Assembly: GCA_963848855.1 (NCBI GenBank) | Contig: CAWKFL010000003.1 | Span: 338,912 to 402,911 of the forward strand | Direction of reading: 5' to 3' | Source of the DNA: an uncultured Actinomycetota bacterium | GTDB taxonomy: Bacteria > Actinomycetota > Actinomycetes > Mycobacteriales > Mycobacteriaceae | DNA: 64,000 nucleotides | Shown here: positions 40,706 through 48,629 of the stretch, piece by piece | How the letters are laid out: each line of letters starts with the position of its first letter | Numbering within the stretch: position 1 is the first letter of the stretch | Translations under genes and position numbers: made by a program | The notes under the pieces: model-generated | Seen by the model: only the letters and a program-made list of their open reading frames with translations | What the model was told of the DNA's origin: nothing | The model's database searches: none

Positions 40706-42219
40706 ACCCCAGCTCGCTCCGTCTGGCGTTGACGCAGTTTCCTGCGGGTCGAGATCTCGGACCATATGCCATAACCAAGCATGGCCACCGAGATGATGAC
40801 AAGGGTCAGCGTGATCGGCCTGCCAAAGAACCTCAGCAGGTCGTAATCCTCCAACCGCAGGCCGGTCCGCAGACTGGATTCGAGTCGCGGCGCCACGATC
40901 ACCGCGAGCGCCAGTGCGGCGGTGGAGTAGCCGTATCGGAGCATGAAGTATCCGACCAGGCCGGCGAACAGGCAGACGAACACGTCGAAGACCTTCGCGC
41001 GGATCGAGTACACACCGATCACCACAAGTGCGAGCGCCACGATGTTGACGATCTGCCGGTCGATGCTGATGACGCGCACCATCAGCATCGCCGTCTTCCA
41101 GCCGATGATCACCAACAGCACCGTCGCGCCGATCAGACCCAGCACCGCGGCGAAGAGCAGTTGCGGCGTCTCGCGAAGCATCTGGGGCCCCGGCACCACA
41201 CCCTGCATCATGAGGGCCGTCAACAGCAGCACCGTCGATCCGGACGTCGGGATGCCGAGGCCCAGCGCGGGGATGATTTCACCCGAGTTGGCGGCGCTCT
41301 GCGCGGCCTCGTTGGCTGCCAACCCCTCGATCGAACCGTTGCCGAATTCCTCTGGCGTCTTGGAGAAGATCTTCGCCTGTTGATAGGAAAGCAGTGACGC
41401 ACCACCGCCGCCTGCGCCCGGGATGGCCCCCACAAACGTGCCGACGAGCGTGCCGATGATCGAGGGCCGCCAGATCCGCCGAAGTTTGGACATCGGCGGG
41501 AATTTCGGCACCTTGGACCCCGCGGCGTCGACCTTGTACTGATAAACCTGACGCATCTGGCGGAACAGCTCGCTGACCGCGAGGATGCCGATCACGATTG
41601 CCGTCTCGTCCAACCCGGTCCGGAAATCCGGCGTCGGGGCGAACCGGGGCAGGTTGGTCAGCGGGTCCATGCCCACCAGTCCGATGATGATGCCGACACA
41701 CGCCGCGGCGATGCCGCGCAGCACGCTCTTGCCCGTCAGGCTGATGATCGCCACCATCCCAAGCAGGTACAGCCCGAAGAGTTCAGGCGGCAGGAAGATG
41801 TAGGCAAGGCCGGACAGCGGGACCACCGCGAACACGAAGATGATCGCACTCACGAACTGGCCGCCGAGTGCCGCGATGTACTGGGTGGCCAGTGCCACCC
41901 CGCGTTCTCCCCGTTTCGACATCGTGTAGCCGTCCAGCGCGGACAACACGGCCGACGGCGTCCCGGGCACGCCAATGAGCACCGCTGGCAGGCTGTTGCC
42001 GTAGGCGACGCCGACCGCGGTGGCCAGCAGAAGGGTGACGCCCTCCGTTGCTTGCAGCGCGAAGGTGAACGGCAGGATCAGCCCGTAGGCCAGTGTCTGT
42101 CCGATACCGGGCATCGCGCCCGCGATGATCCCGTACACCACACCCACTGTCAGCACGACCCAGATCTTTGGGTCAGACAGCAATCCGGCTGTGCCGGAGA
42201 GGATGTCACCAACGCCCAT
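40702..42219 (-). CDS. tctA: tripartite tricarboxylate transporter large permease TctA
   Basis: About 505 aa and polytopic, with the GAMPGIGQTLAYGLILPFTF and LIGVPGTPSAVLSALDGYTM motifs typical of TctA. Confidence 0.85.
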   Translation of the reverse strand: MGVGDILSGTAGLLSDPKIWVVLTVGVVYGIIAGAMPGIGQTLAYGLILPFTFALQATEGVTLLLATAVGVAYGNSLPAVLIGVPGTPSAVLSALDGYTMSKRGERGVALATQYIAALGGQFVSAIIFVFAVVPLSGLAYIFLPPELFGLYLLGMVAIISLTGKSVLRGIAAACVGIIIGLVGMDPLTNLPRFAPTPDFRTGLDETAIVIGILAVSELFRQMRQVYQYKVDAAGSKVPKFPPMSKLRRIWRPSIIGTLVGTFVGAIPGAGGGGASLLSYQQAKIFSKTPEEFGNGSIEGLAANEAAQSAANSGEIIPALGLGIPTSGSTVLLLTALMMQGVVPGPQMLRETPQLLFAAVLGLIGATVLLVIIGWKTAMLMVRVISIDRQIVNIVALALVVIGVYSIRAKVFDVFVCLFAGLVGYFMLRYGYSTAALALAVIVAPRLESSLRTGLRLEDYDLLRFFGRPITLTLVIISVAMLGYGIWSEISTRRKLRQRQTERAGV

Positions 42220-42279
42220 CGCGATGCACCTTCGCAATATCCGATTCAGAAGTCGCCGGTTTGGCGGTACCCGCTTCGG

Positions 42280-42948
42280 TCATTCGAGCGCCCACCCTAT
42301 CGGGACCAGCAGCGGGCGGAGCAGGCCTGCGGGCAGCAGAACGCCGAGCAACTCGGCGAATACGTAGTACAGGAATATCGGCATGACCACGCAGACCACG
42401 AGCAGCGAAATCACCTTCCGTACCCGCAACGCCCACAAGGTCGCGAAGAGGTAGAGCGGCGTGGCGAGGAGATAGCCGAGGAAACTGAAGGTTGCCGCGT
42501 AGGCGAACGTCAGGCCGATGACGGTGAACGCGGTGATCGCGGACGCGGGAATTCCCGGCTCGTCCTCGGCGGCACCGAAGTTCGTCGGTGGACTACCCCG
42601 AAGGCGACTGCGGATCGACATGACCGCTGCCGCGCCTGCAGTCAGGGCAAGTGCCCCGCCCGCCGCGCGAGGAAAGGCCCGTGGTCCGAGGGTGTCGCCG
42701 ACCGCGGAGCCGTACTTGATCGTGAGTTCGCCGATGACGACGATCGCGATACCGCTCAGCGCCAGGATGATTGAGAAGATCAACTCACCCGGCCCCACGG
42801 GTTCCGGTGGCGCTTCGGCGAATTCCAGTGCGGTCTCCGCGTCGATCATCGGCATTGCATCGTTCGCGGTCTTCGGCTCGGAAACGGGGTCGGCACCGGA
42901 ATCCGGTGCCGCCGCCCCGTCGTCGATATCACGGTCGCGCAAGCTCAT
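42280..42948 (-). CDS. tctB: tripartite tricarboxylate transporter small permease TctB with a long acidic N-terminal extension
   Basis: Four predicted TM helices in the C-terminal ~160 aa. ATG 42948 overlaps the tctC stop (ATGA). Confidence 0.65.
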   Translation of the reverse strand: MSLRDRDIDDGAAAPDSGADPVSEPKTANDAMPMIDAETALEFAEAPPEPVGPGELIFSIILALSGIAIVVIGELTIKYGSAVGDTLGPRAFPRAAGGALALTAGAAAVMSIRSRLRGSPPTNFGAAEDEPGIPASAITAFTVIGLTFAYAATFSFLGYLLATPLYLFATLWALRVRKVISLLVVCVVMPIFLYYVFAELLGVLLPAGLLRPLLVPIGWALE

Positions 42949-44072
42949 TGGGTGCAGCCGGGGCACATGTCCAGGTCCTGGAGCATGGGCTTGATTACCT
43001 CAAGATTTGCCTCCGCGGCGGCACGGGACTGATCGTGATCGAGCGGCTTGTCGAACAGCAGGATCCCGGGCACGGTGCTGCGGGCCTTGATCAGTTCGGG
43101 GTCCTTGATGCCGTTCTGAAAAAGCTCGTAGAGCCATTGGCGGTGCAGGTCCGACACGTCCTTGGACACTGCGAAGCCTGCGGGATAGCCCCACGGATCA
43201 TCGGGCCCGAGAACCGTTGCGCCATTGGGGACTCCGGCCCATGGCACGTTGCTCGCCACCGGCTGCTTGCCGCCGACGAAGATCACGTCGACCTTCCCCG
43301 CCTGCACTCCCACCAGGACCTCGCCGGGTGTGTTGTATGTGATATCGCCCTCGCCGGCTCCGACGATGGACGTCATCTGCTGGCGATCCTCACCGCAGAC
43401 CTCTCGGAACTGCAGATTGCCCAAGGCGATGCTGTAGGCCTTCCAGGTCAGGTCGAGGCCGTCGCCCGGTCCACGGCAGACATACGTCACCTCGCCGGGG
43501 TGGGCCTTGACGTAGTTCACCATGTCCATGAAATTCGTGCTGTGCCACGGCGGGTCCTTTCGCTGCGCCAGCACGTGGGGCACCTGCTCGGTGCCGATCA
43601 CGAAGTTGAAGTCGTCGAGCTGGGAGCCCAGCGTGGCGGTGACATCGGTGGACAGCAGATCCTGTGCGGCGCCGACGATCTGGGCGACGACGACCATGTA
43701 GCCCTCTTTGCCTGCCTGGTCACGATTCGTGTAGTCGAGCGCCGACCACGTCCCGAAGAGCGACCCGAAGTCGGGCCGATCGGTCACGCTCAGTTTCACC
43801 GGCGAGAACTTTCCCATCGCCTGTGCCCAGTGTCTGGCGTACAGCCCGTCGCGCGATCCCGCCTCGTCGGGATTGATGATCATGATGTCCTGCGATGGAA
43901 AGCCGTCCGGAAGCGGCTGTAAGACCCCGTCCTTGTATTCCGGCTTCCAGTCGGCGGCCGACACCGTGTCGTCTTTCTGCCCTGCGACATCTTTGGCAGG
44001 CGAGCAGCCGGTTGCGGCGACCAGGACACCGATCGCCAACAATGCCATTGCGGCCAACCGTGATTGCTTCAT
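42945..44072 (-). CDS. tctC: lipoprotein-anchored TctC/Bug-like substrate-binding protein (divergent)
   Basis: Signal peptide plus lipobox VAATGC, 375 aa, located immediately upstream of tctB and tctA. Ends in ...DMCPGCTQ. Confidence 0.6.
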   Translation of the reverse strand: MKQSRLAAMALLAIGVLVAATGCSPAKDVAGQKDDTVSAADWKPEYKDGVLQPLPDGFPSQDIMIINPDEAGSRDGLYARHWAQAMGKFSPVKLSVTDRPDFGSLFGTWSALDYTNRDQAGKEGYMVVVAQIVGAAQDLLSTDVTATLGSQLDDFNFVIGTEQVPHVLAQRKDPPWHSTNFMDMVNYVKAHPGEVTYVCRGPGDGLDLTWKAYSIALGNLQFREVCGEDRQQMTSIVGAGEGDITYNTPGEVLVGVQAGKVDVIFVGGKQPVASNVPWAGVPNGATVLGPDDPWGYPAGFAVSKDVSDLHRQWLYELFQNGIKDPELIKARSTVPGILLFDKPLDHDQSRAAAEANLEVIKPMLQDLDMCPGCTQ

Positions 44073-44087
44073 GAATCCTGACTTTCT

Positions 44088-45119
44088 CTATGCGGGCCAG
44101 CGCAGGAAGCGCTTGGCGTTGGTTGTGCCAACGCGGTCGAGTTCGTTCTCTGGCAGGCCCGCGGCGATCAATTCCTCCAGCGGGGTGGTCGTCGACATGT
44201 CCCACGGGTAGTCGGTCCCGATCAGGACGTGGTCCCAGCCGAACCGCTGCGCCAGGAACGTCACCGCTCGCGGATCGTGGGTCAGCTGTTCGAAGTAGCA
44301 CTGCTCGACGTACTCGCTGGGCGGCTTCGCGATGACCTCCTGCGCTTCCTTGCGCACCCGCCAGCCGTGATCCCACCTGCCGAGTTGGAACGGAACATGA
44401 CCGCCGCCATGGACGAGCCCGACACGCAGCCCGGGATGACGGTGCAGTACACCACCAAACACCATGCTGCCCAACGCGATCGCCGTCTCGAGTGGATTAC
44501 CGATGGTGTTCGACAGGTGGTACTTGCCCAACCTCGCCATCTTGGCGTTGCCCGGCCCGTACGGATGAAGCAGTACCGGCAGATCGTGCGCCGCCAGAGC
44601 CTCCCAGATCGGCTCGAACATCTCGTCATCGAGATTGCGGCCCGCGACGTTGGTGGGCAGCTGGACCCCGGCGACCTCCGCGAGCGCGCCGAGTCGCTCG
44701 ACCTCGGCCACCGCGCGCACCGGATCCTGCAGCGGCAGGCCGCCCATCGCCACAAATCTCCTTGGATGGTCGCGCACCGTCTTCACGATCGCGTCGTTAT
44801 GGATCGCCAGTGCCTCCGCCGCCGCCGCGCCATCGGCCCTGTCGAGGTACAGCGACGTCCACGCCGCAAGCGCGTGATACTGAATGCCTTGTCCGTCCAT
44901 ATCCGCGAGCCGTCGAGTCAGGTCGAAGCAGCCGGATTCGATGGGTATCGCGCGATCGGTGCCCGGTGGCGTCCATGTCCACTCGCCGGTCGCGTCGTCG
45001 CGACCCACCCGGGGAACGTCGTCGGGAGCGATCCGGTGCATCGCGTTGACCGCGTCCGGGTCGGCGAAGTGCGCGTGTACGTCGATGAAGCCACTAGTGC
45101 TGCCGTCGACAGGACCCAT
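44088..45119 (-). CDS. amidohydrolase_2 (ACMSD / gamma-resorcylate-decarboxylase-like) family enzyme
   Basis: 343 aa with N-terminal DVHAHF, plus internal HP...H and a C-terminal TDYPW metal-ligand pattern. First gene of the tctCBA operon. Confidence 0.7.
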   Translation of the reverse strand: MGPVDGSTSGFIDVHAHFADPDAVNAMHRIAPDDVPRVGRDDATGEWTWTPPGTDRAIPIESGCFDLTRRLADMDGQGIQYHALAAWTSLYLDRADGAAAAEALAIHNDAIVKTVRDHPRRFVAMGGLPLQDPVRAVAEVERLGALAEVAGVQLPTNVAGRNLDDEMFEPIWEALAAHDLPVLLHPYGPGNAKMARLGKYHLSNTIGNPLETAIALGSMVFGGVLHRHPGLRVGLVHGGGHVPFQLGRWDHGWRVRKEAQEVIAKPPSEYVEQCYFEQLTHDPRAVTFLAQRFGWDHVLIGTDYPWDMSTTTPLEELIAAGLPENELDRVGTTNAKRFLRWPA

Positions 45120-45414
45120 GTGGTTCCTTCCTCAGTCGCGACCGACGTGACACCGGTCACAGCGGAACAATATATAAAAAGTAGACGCCCGGGTGGGCGG
45201 GATCGCAGTGTGCGGTCACGTGATTTCTTCATGGCGGAAGTACGGGAAGCGTCAACTTCTCGGGCCGTCCCCGGCGGCCCACCGAAAATCGGGGCGAAAC
45301 TTCACGTACTCCGCGAACAGAGCGGCAAACTTTGACGCTTCTCCCCACTGCGCAGCGGCGCCTTCAGAACCTTCACTGGTGCTACCCGATCGCCCGATAC
45401 CAGGAGTTCCCGAC

Positions 45415-46515
45415 ATGCGCCTCGGATACTTCGCCATGCCAATGCACCCGTCGAATCGCCCGTGGCAGGCCACCCTGGAAGAGGACCGGCAGGCCGTCAT
45501 CTTTGCTGACCGGCTCGGGTTTCACGACGCATTCATCGGTGAGCACCTCACCGACCGCTACGAGAACATCACCAACAGCATGGTGTTCCTGGCCTCGCTG
45601 ATCCACGACACCGAACGAATCAAACTGGGCACCGGAACGGCCAACCTCTCCCAGATGCATCCCGGCCTGGTGGCGGCCAACGCGGCCATGCTCGACCACA
45701 TGAGCGGCGGCCGGCTGATCCTCGGTATCTCACCGGGAGCGCTTCCCTCGGACGCCGAGCTGTTGGGGATCCTCAACCAGGACCGCAACGCCATGTTCGT
45801 CGAGGCCATCGACATCATCCTCGAGCTGTGGTCCGCTGAAGCTCCCTATGACATCCGCGGTGAACAACGGCACTGGCAGGTGACCACGAAGCAGACCTTC
45901 AACGCCGAACTCGGACTTGGCTCGGTGCGCGGGCCGTTGCAATTGCCACGTCCCGAGATCGTGGGCACCGTGGTGGCGCCGTACTCCAAGGGGGTAATCG
46001 CGATGGGGGAGAAGGACTTTCACCCACTGTCAGCGAATTTCCTGTTGCCGGCGTGGCTGAACAGTCACTGGGTCAACTATTCGGCGGGGGTGGGTAATCG
46101 AGGTGCGGTCGCAGACCCGGGGGACTGGCGGGTCGCGCGGACGATTTTCGTCGCTGACGACGACAACGTGGCTGTCGAATACGGGCGAGCATCGGCGGGC
46201 AGTCCGTACCGGTTCTACTACTCGCAGATGGTGAAGAAGATGGCGATGGCGGGCCGGCTCAACCTGTTCAGGGAGGACCAGTCGGCTCCCGACTCGGCTG
46301 TGAACATCGAGAGCGTGCTGGACCAGTTGGTCATCTGCGGTACGCCGAACAAGGTGACCGACGAAATCCTGGCGCTGCGAGAACGGATCGGTGATTTCGG
46401 TGAGCTCGTCTACGCCGGCATGGACTGGGTCGATCCGGCGCTGGGGCGGCGCTCTCAGGAACTCATGGCCACCACGGTCATGCCGCAGGTGAACCAGGCG
46501 CTGGTATCCGTCTGA
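45415..46515 (+). CDS. LLM-class flavin-dependent monooxygenase (LimB/alkanesulfonate-monooxygenase-like)
   Basis: 366 aa from ATG 45415, with CAGGAG 8 nt upstream. Sequence MRLGYFAMPMHPSNRPWQATLEEDRQAVIFADRLGFHDAFIGEH.... Confidence 0.7.
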   Translation: MRLGYFAMPMHPSNRPWQATLEEDRQAVIFADRLGFHDAFIGEHLTDRYENITNSMVFLASLIHDTERIKLGTGTANLSQMHPGLVAANAAMLDHMSGGRLILGISPGALPSDAELLGILNQDRNAMFVEAIDIILELWSAEAPYDIRGEQRHWQVTTKQTFNAELGLGSVRGPLQLPRPEIVGTVVAPYSKGVIAMGEKDFHPLSANFLLPAWLNSHWVNYSAGVGNRGAVADPGDWRVARTIFVADDDNVAVEYGRASAGSPYRFYYSQMVKKMAMAGRLNLFREDQSAPDSAVNIESVLDQLVICGTPNKVTDEILALRERIGDFGELVYAGMDWVDPALGRRSQELMATTVMPQVNQALVSV

Positions 46516-46704
46516 CCGCGACGTCCGCCAGGGCGTGTGGTTCGGTTACGTTGTAGCGTGACCCGGGTCCCAACGTGGCCGCGGGGCGCGCGGGACACGC
46601 GGCGGTAATTCTTTGCTGGCAGTGGTCCGTGGCGCATTTTCTCGGCCACGGCCCTGATCCGTCGGCAAGACTGACAGTCTTAGTTGTCAGTCTCCTGTGA
46701 GCAC

Positions 46705-46718
46705 TAGAACCTGTTTCA
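46705..46718. promoter_or_regulatory. KstR-type operator TAGAACCTGTTTCA upstream of the mce4 operon
   Basis: Consensus match, 216 nt upstream of yrbE4A. Confidence 0.6.
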
Positions 46719-46785
46719 GAATGACCTGCGTCACACTGGCGCTGACCAGCGCAAAGGTTACAAATTCCACCGATATTGTCCTTCT

Positions 46786-46815
46786 TTGACACTGCGAACT
46801 TGTTCTAGTTAGTAT
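46786..46815 (+). promoter_or_regulatory. candidate mce4 promoter: TTGACA-18 nt-TAGTAT with a KstR-like box (GCGAACTTGTTCTA, 46794-46807) filling the spacer
   Basis: -35 at 46786-46791 and -10 at 46810-46815, read directly. The start codon is about 120 nt downstream. Confidence 0.5.
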
Positions 46816-46933
46816 GATCCGGCTCACTAAGAGCAACGCTTAACGCATGGGTCAAAAAATCGCGGCGGCGGGCGGCTTCGAACTCTTCGCCACAACGATT
46901 CTTTGAGAACCCGCCCCTAGAACGGAGCCGAGG

Positions 46934-47698
46934 TTGATCGAACAGCTTGCGGCACCGGCTCGGGCCGTGGGCGGGTTCGTCGAAATGTCCTTGGACACGT
47001 TCGTCAAGATCTTCCGTCGCCCATTTCAATTTCGGGAGTTCCTCGATCAAACGTGGATGATCGCGCGGGTATCGCTGATCCCGACGCTGCTTGTCGCCAT
47101 CCCGTTCACCGTGCTCGTGGCGTTCACGCTCAACATCCTGCTTCGCGAAATCGGGGCGGCCGACCTCTCAGGCGCAGGCACCGCGTTCGGCACCATCACT
47201 CAGCTCGGCCCGGTGGTCACCGTGTTGGTGGTCGCGGGTGCCGGCGCGACGGCAATCTGCGCGGACCTCGGCGCACGCACCATCCGCGAGGAGATCGACG
47301 CGATGCGGGTGCTGGGCATCGACCCGATTCAGCGCCTCGTCGTACCCCGCGTCCTCGCGTCGACGTTCGTGGCGCTACTACTGAACGGTCTCGTCTGCCT
47401 GATCGGCCTATCGGGCGGCTATGTCTTTTCTGTCTTCCTTCAGGGCGTCAACCCTGGCGCATTCATCAACGGTCTTACGGTGTTGACCGGCCTCGGCGAG
47501 CTGGTGCTCGCAGAGATCAAAGCTTTGCTGTTCGGTGTGGTCGCGGGTCTGGTCGGCTGTTACCGCGGCTTGACGGTCCAGGGCGGACCGAAGGGTGTGG
47601 GGACGGCGGTCAACGAAACCGTCGTCTATGCGTTCATCTGCCTGTTCGTGATCAATGTGATCATGACGGCGATCGGCGTCCGGGTGCTTGTGCGATGA
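46934..47698 (+). CDS. yrbE4A: Mce/MlaE-type ABC permease YrbE4A
   Basis: 254 aa, TTG start, polytopic. Synteny with Rv3501c. Confidence 0.9.
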   Translation: MIEQLAAPARAVGGFVEMSLDTFVKIFRRPFQFREFLDQTWMIARVSLIPTLLVAIPFTVLVAFTLNILLREIGAADLSGAGTAFGTITQLGPVVTVLVVAGAGATAICADLGARTIREEIDAMRVLGIDPIQRLVVPRVLASTFVALLLNGLVCLIGLSGGYVFSVFLQGVNPGAFINGLTVLTGLGELVLAEIKALLFGVVAGLVGCYRGLTVQGGPKGVGTAVNETVVYAFICLFVINVIMTAIGVRVLVR

Positions 47699-47699
47699 A

Positions 47700-47735
47700 C
47701 GCTTGCGTGAAGTGGGGGCACTCCCCACGCAAGCG
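47700..47735 (+). other. GC-rich hairpin in the 79-nt yrbE4A-yrbE4B spacer (10-bp perfect outer stem)
   Basis: cgcttgcgtg (47700-47709) pairs with cacgcaagcg (47726-47735); an inner ggg/ccc pairing is also possible. Confidence 0.45.
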
Positions 47736-47777
47736 GGGGGCCCACCCGCCCGTAGGGCAGGGGGACAGAGGGTCCCA

Positions 47778-48620
47778 ATGAGCTACGACCTCACACTTCG
47801 CATTCGGCGCGCCTTCCGTGGTGTGCCCAGGGCCGTCGACTCGGTAGGCGAGCAGGCGCTCTTCTACGGCGAGACCATCCGCTACATCCCCAACGCGGTC
47901 ACTCGCTACCGCAAGGAGACCATCCGCAACATCGCCGAGATGACCATGGGCACGGGAGCGCTCGTGATGATCGGCGGGACCGTTGGCGTCGCGGCGTTTC
48001 TGACCCTGGCATCCGGCGGTGTCATCGCCGTGCAGGGCTATTCGTCGCTTGGCAATATCGGCATCGAAGCACTGACCGGGTTTTTGTCGGCGTTTCTCAA
48101 CGTGCGCATCGTCGCCCCCGTGATCGCCGGTATCGCGCTGGCGGCGACCATCGGTGCGGGCACCACTGCCCAACTCGGGGCGATGCGCGTCGCCGAGGAA
48201 ATCGACGCGGTCGAGTCGATGGCCGTGCACTCGGTGTCGTACCTAGTCTCAACCCGGCTGGTGGCGGGGATGGTCGCGATCATTCCGCTGTACTCGCTGT
48301 CGGTGCTGGCGGCGTTCTTCGCCGCGCGGTTCACCACCGTGTTCATCAACAAACAGTCCGCGGGTCTGTACGACCACTACTTCAATACGTTCCTTGTGCC
48401 CACCGACCTGTTGTGGTCGTTCCTGCAAGCCATCGTGATGGCGATCGCGGTGATGTTGGTGCACACCTATTACGGCTACAACGCGTCCGGCGGCCCGGTC
48501 GGCGTCGGCATCGCCGTCGGTCAGGCCGTGCGCACCTCGCTGATCGTCGTCGTCACCATCACCTTGTTCATCTCGCTCGCCGTCTACGGCGCGTCCGGCA
48601 ACTTCAACCTTTCCGGATAG
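47778..48620 (+). CDS. yrbE4B: Mce/MlaE-type ABC permease YrbE4B
   Basis: 280 aa from ATG 47778 (MSYDLTLRIRRAFRG...). Synteny with Rv3500c. Confidence 0.9.
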   Translation: MSYDLTLRIRRAFRGVPRAVDSVGEQALFYGETIRYIPNAVTRYRKETIRNIAEMTMGTGALVMIGGTVGVAAFLTLASGGVIAVQGYSSLGNIGIEALTGFLSAFLNVRIVAPVIAGIALAATIGAGTTAQLGAMRVAEEIDAVESMAVHSVSYLVSTRLVAGMVAIIPLYSLSVLAAFFAARFTTVFINKQSAGLYDHYFNTFLVPTDLLWSFLQAIVMAIAVMLVHTYYGYNASGGPVGVGIAVGQAVRTSLIVVVTITLFISLAVYGASGNFNLSG

Positions 48621-48629
48621 GCGGGGACG

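Noticed and set aside
46627-46693. Two hairpins downstream of the LLM monooxygenase gene: ccgtggc/gccacgg at 46627-46650, and agactgaca/tgtcagtct at 46668-46693 with the internal palindrome agactgAcagtct.
   Set aside because: The stems are short (7-9 bp) and lack a U-tract. They are plausibly a terminator or an unrelated operator, but the evidence is too weak for a feature call.
34965-46700. Search for hallmarks of mobility around the inserted block: integrase, transposase, tRNA, flanking direct repeats. The only similarity seen was gacgtcc near both ends.
   Set aside because: No mobility gene is present, and a 7-mer match is expected by chance. The mechanism of insertion is left open.
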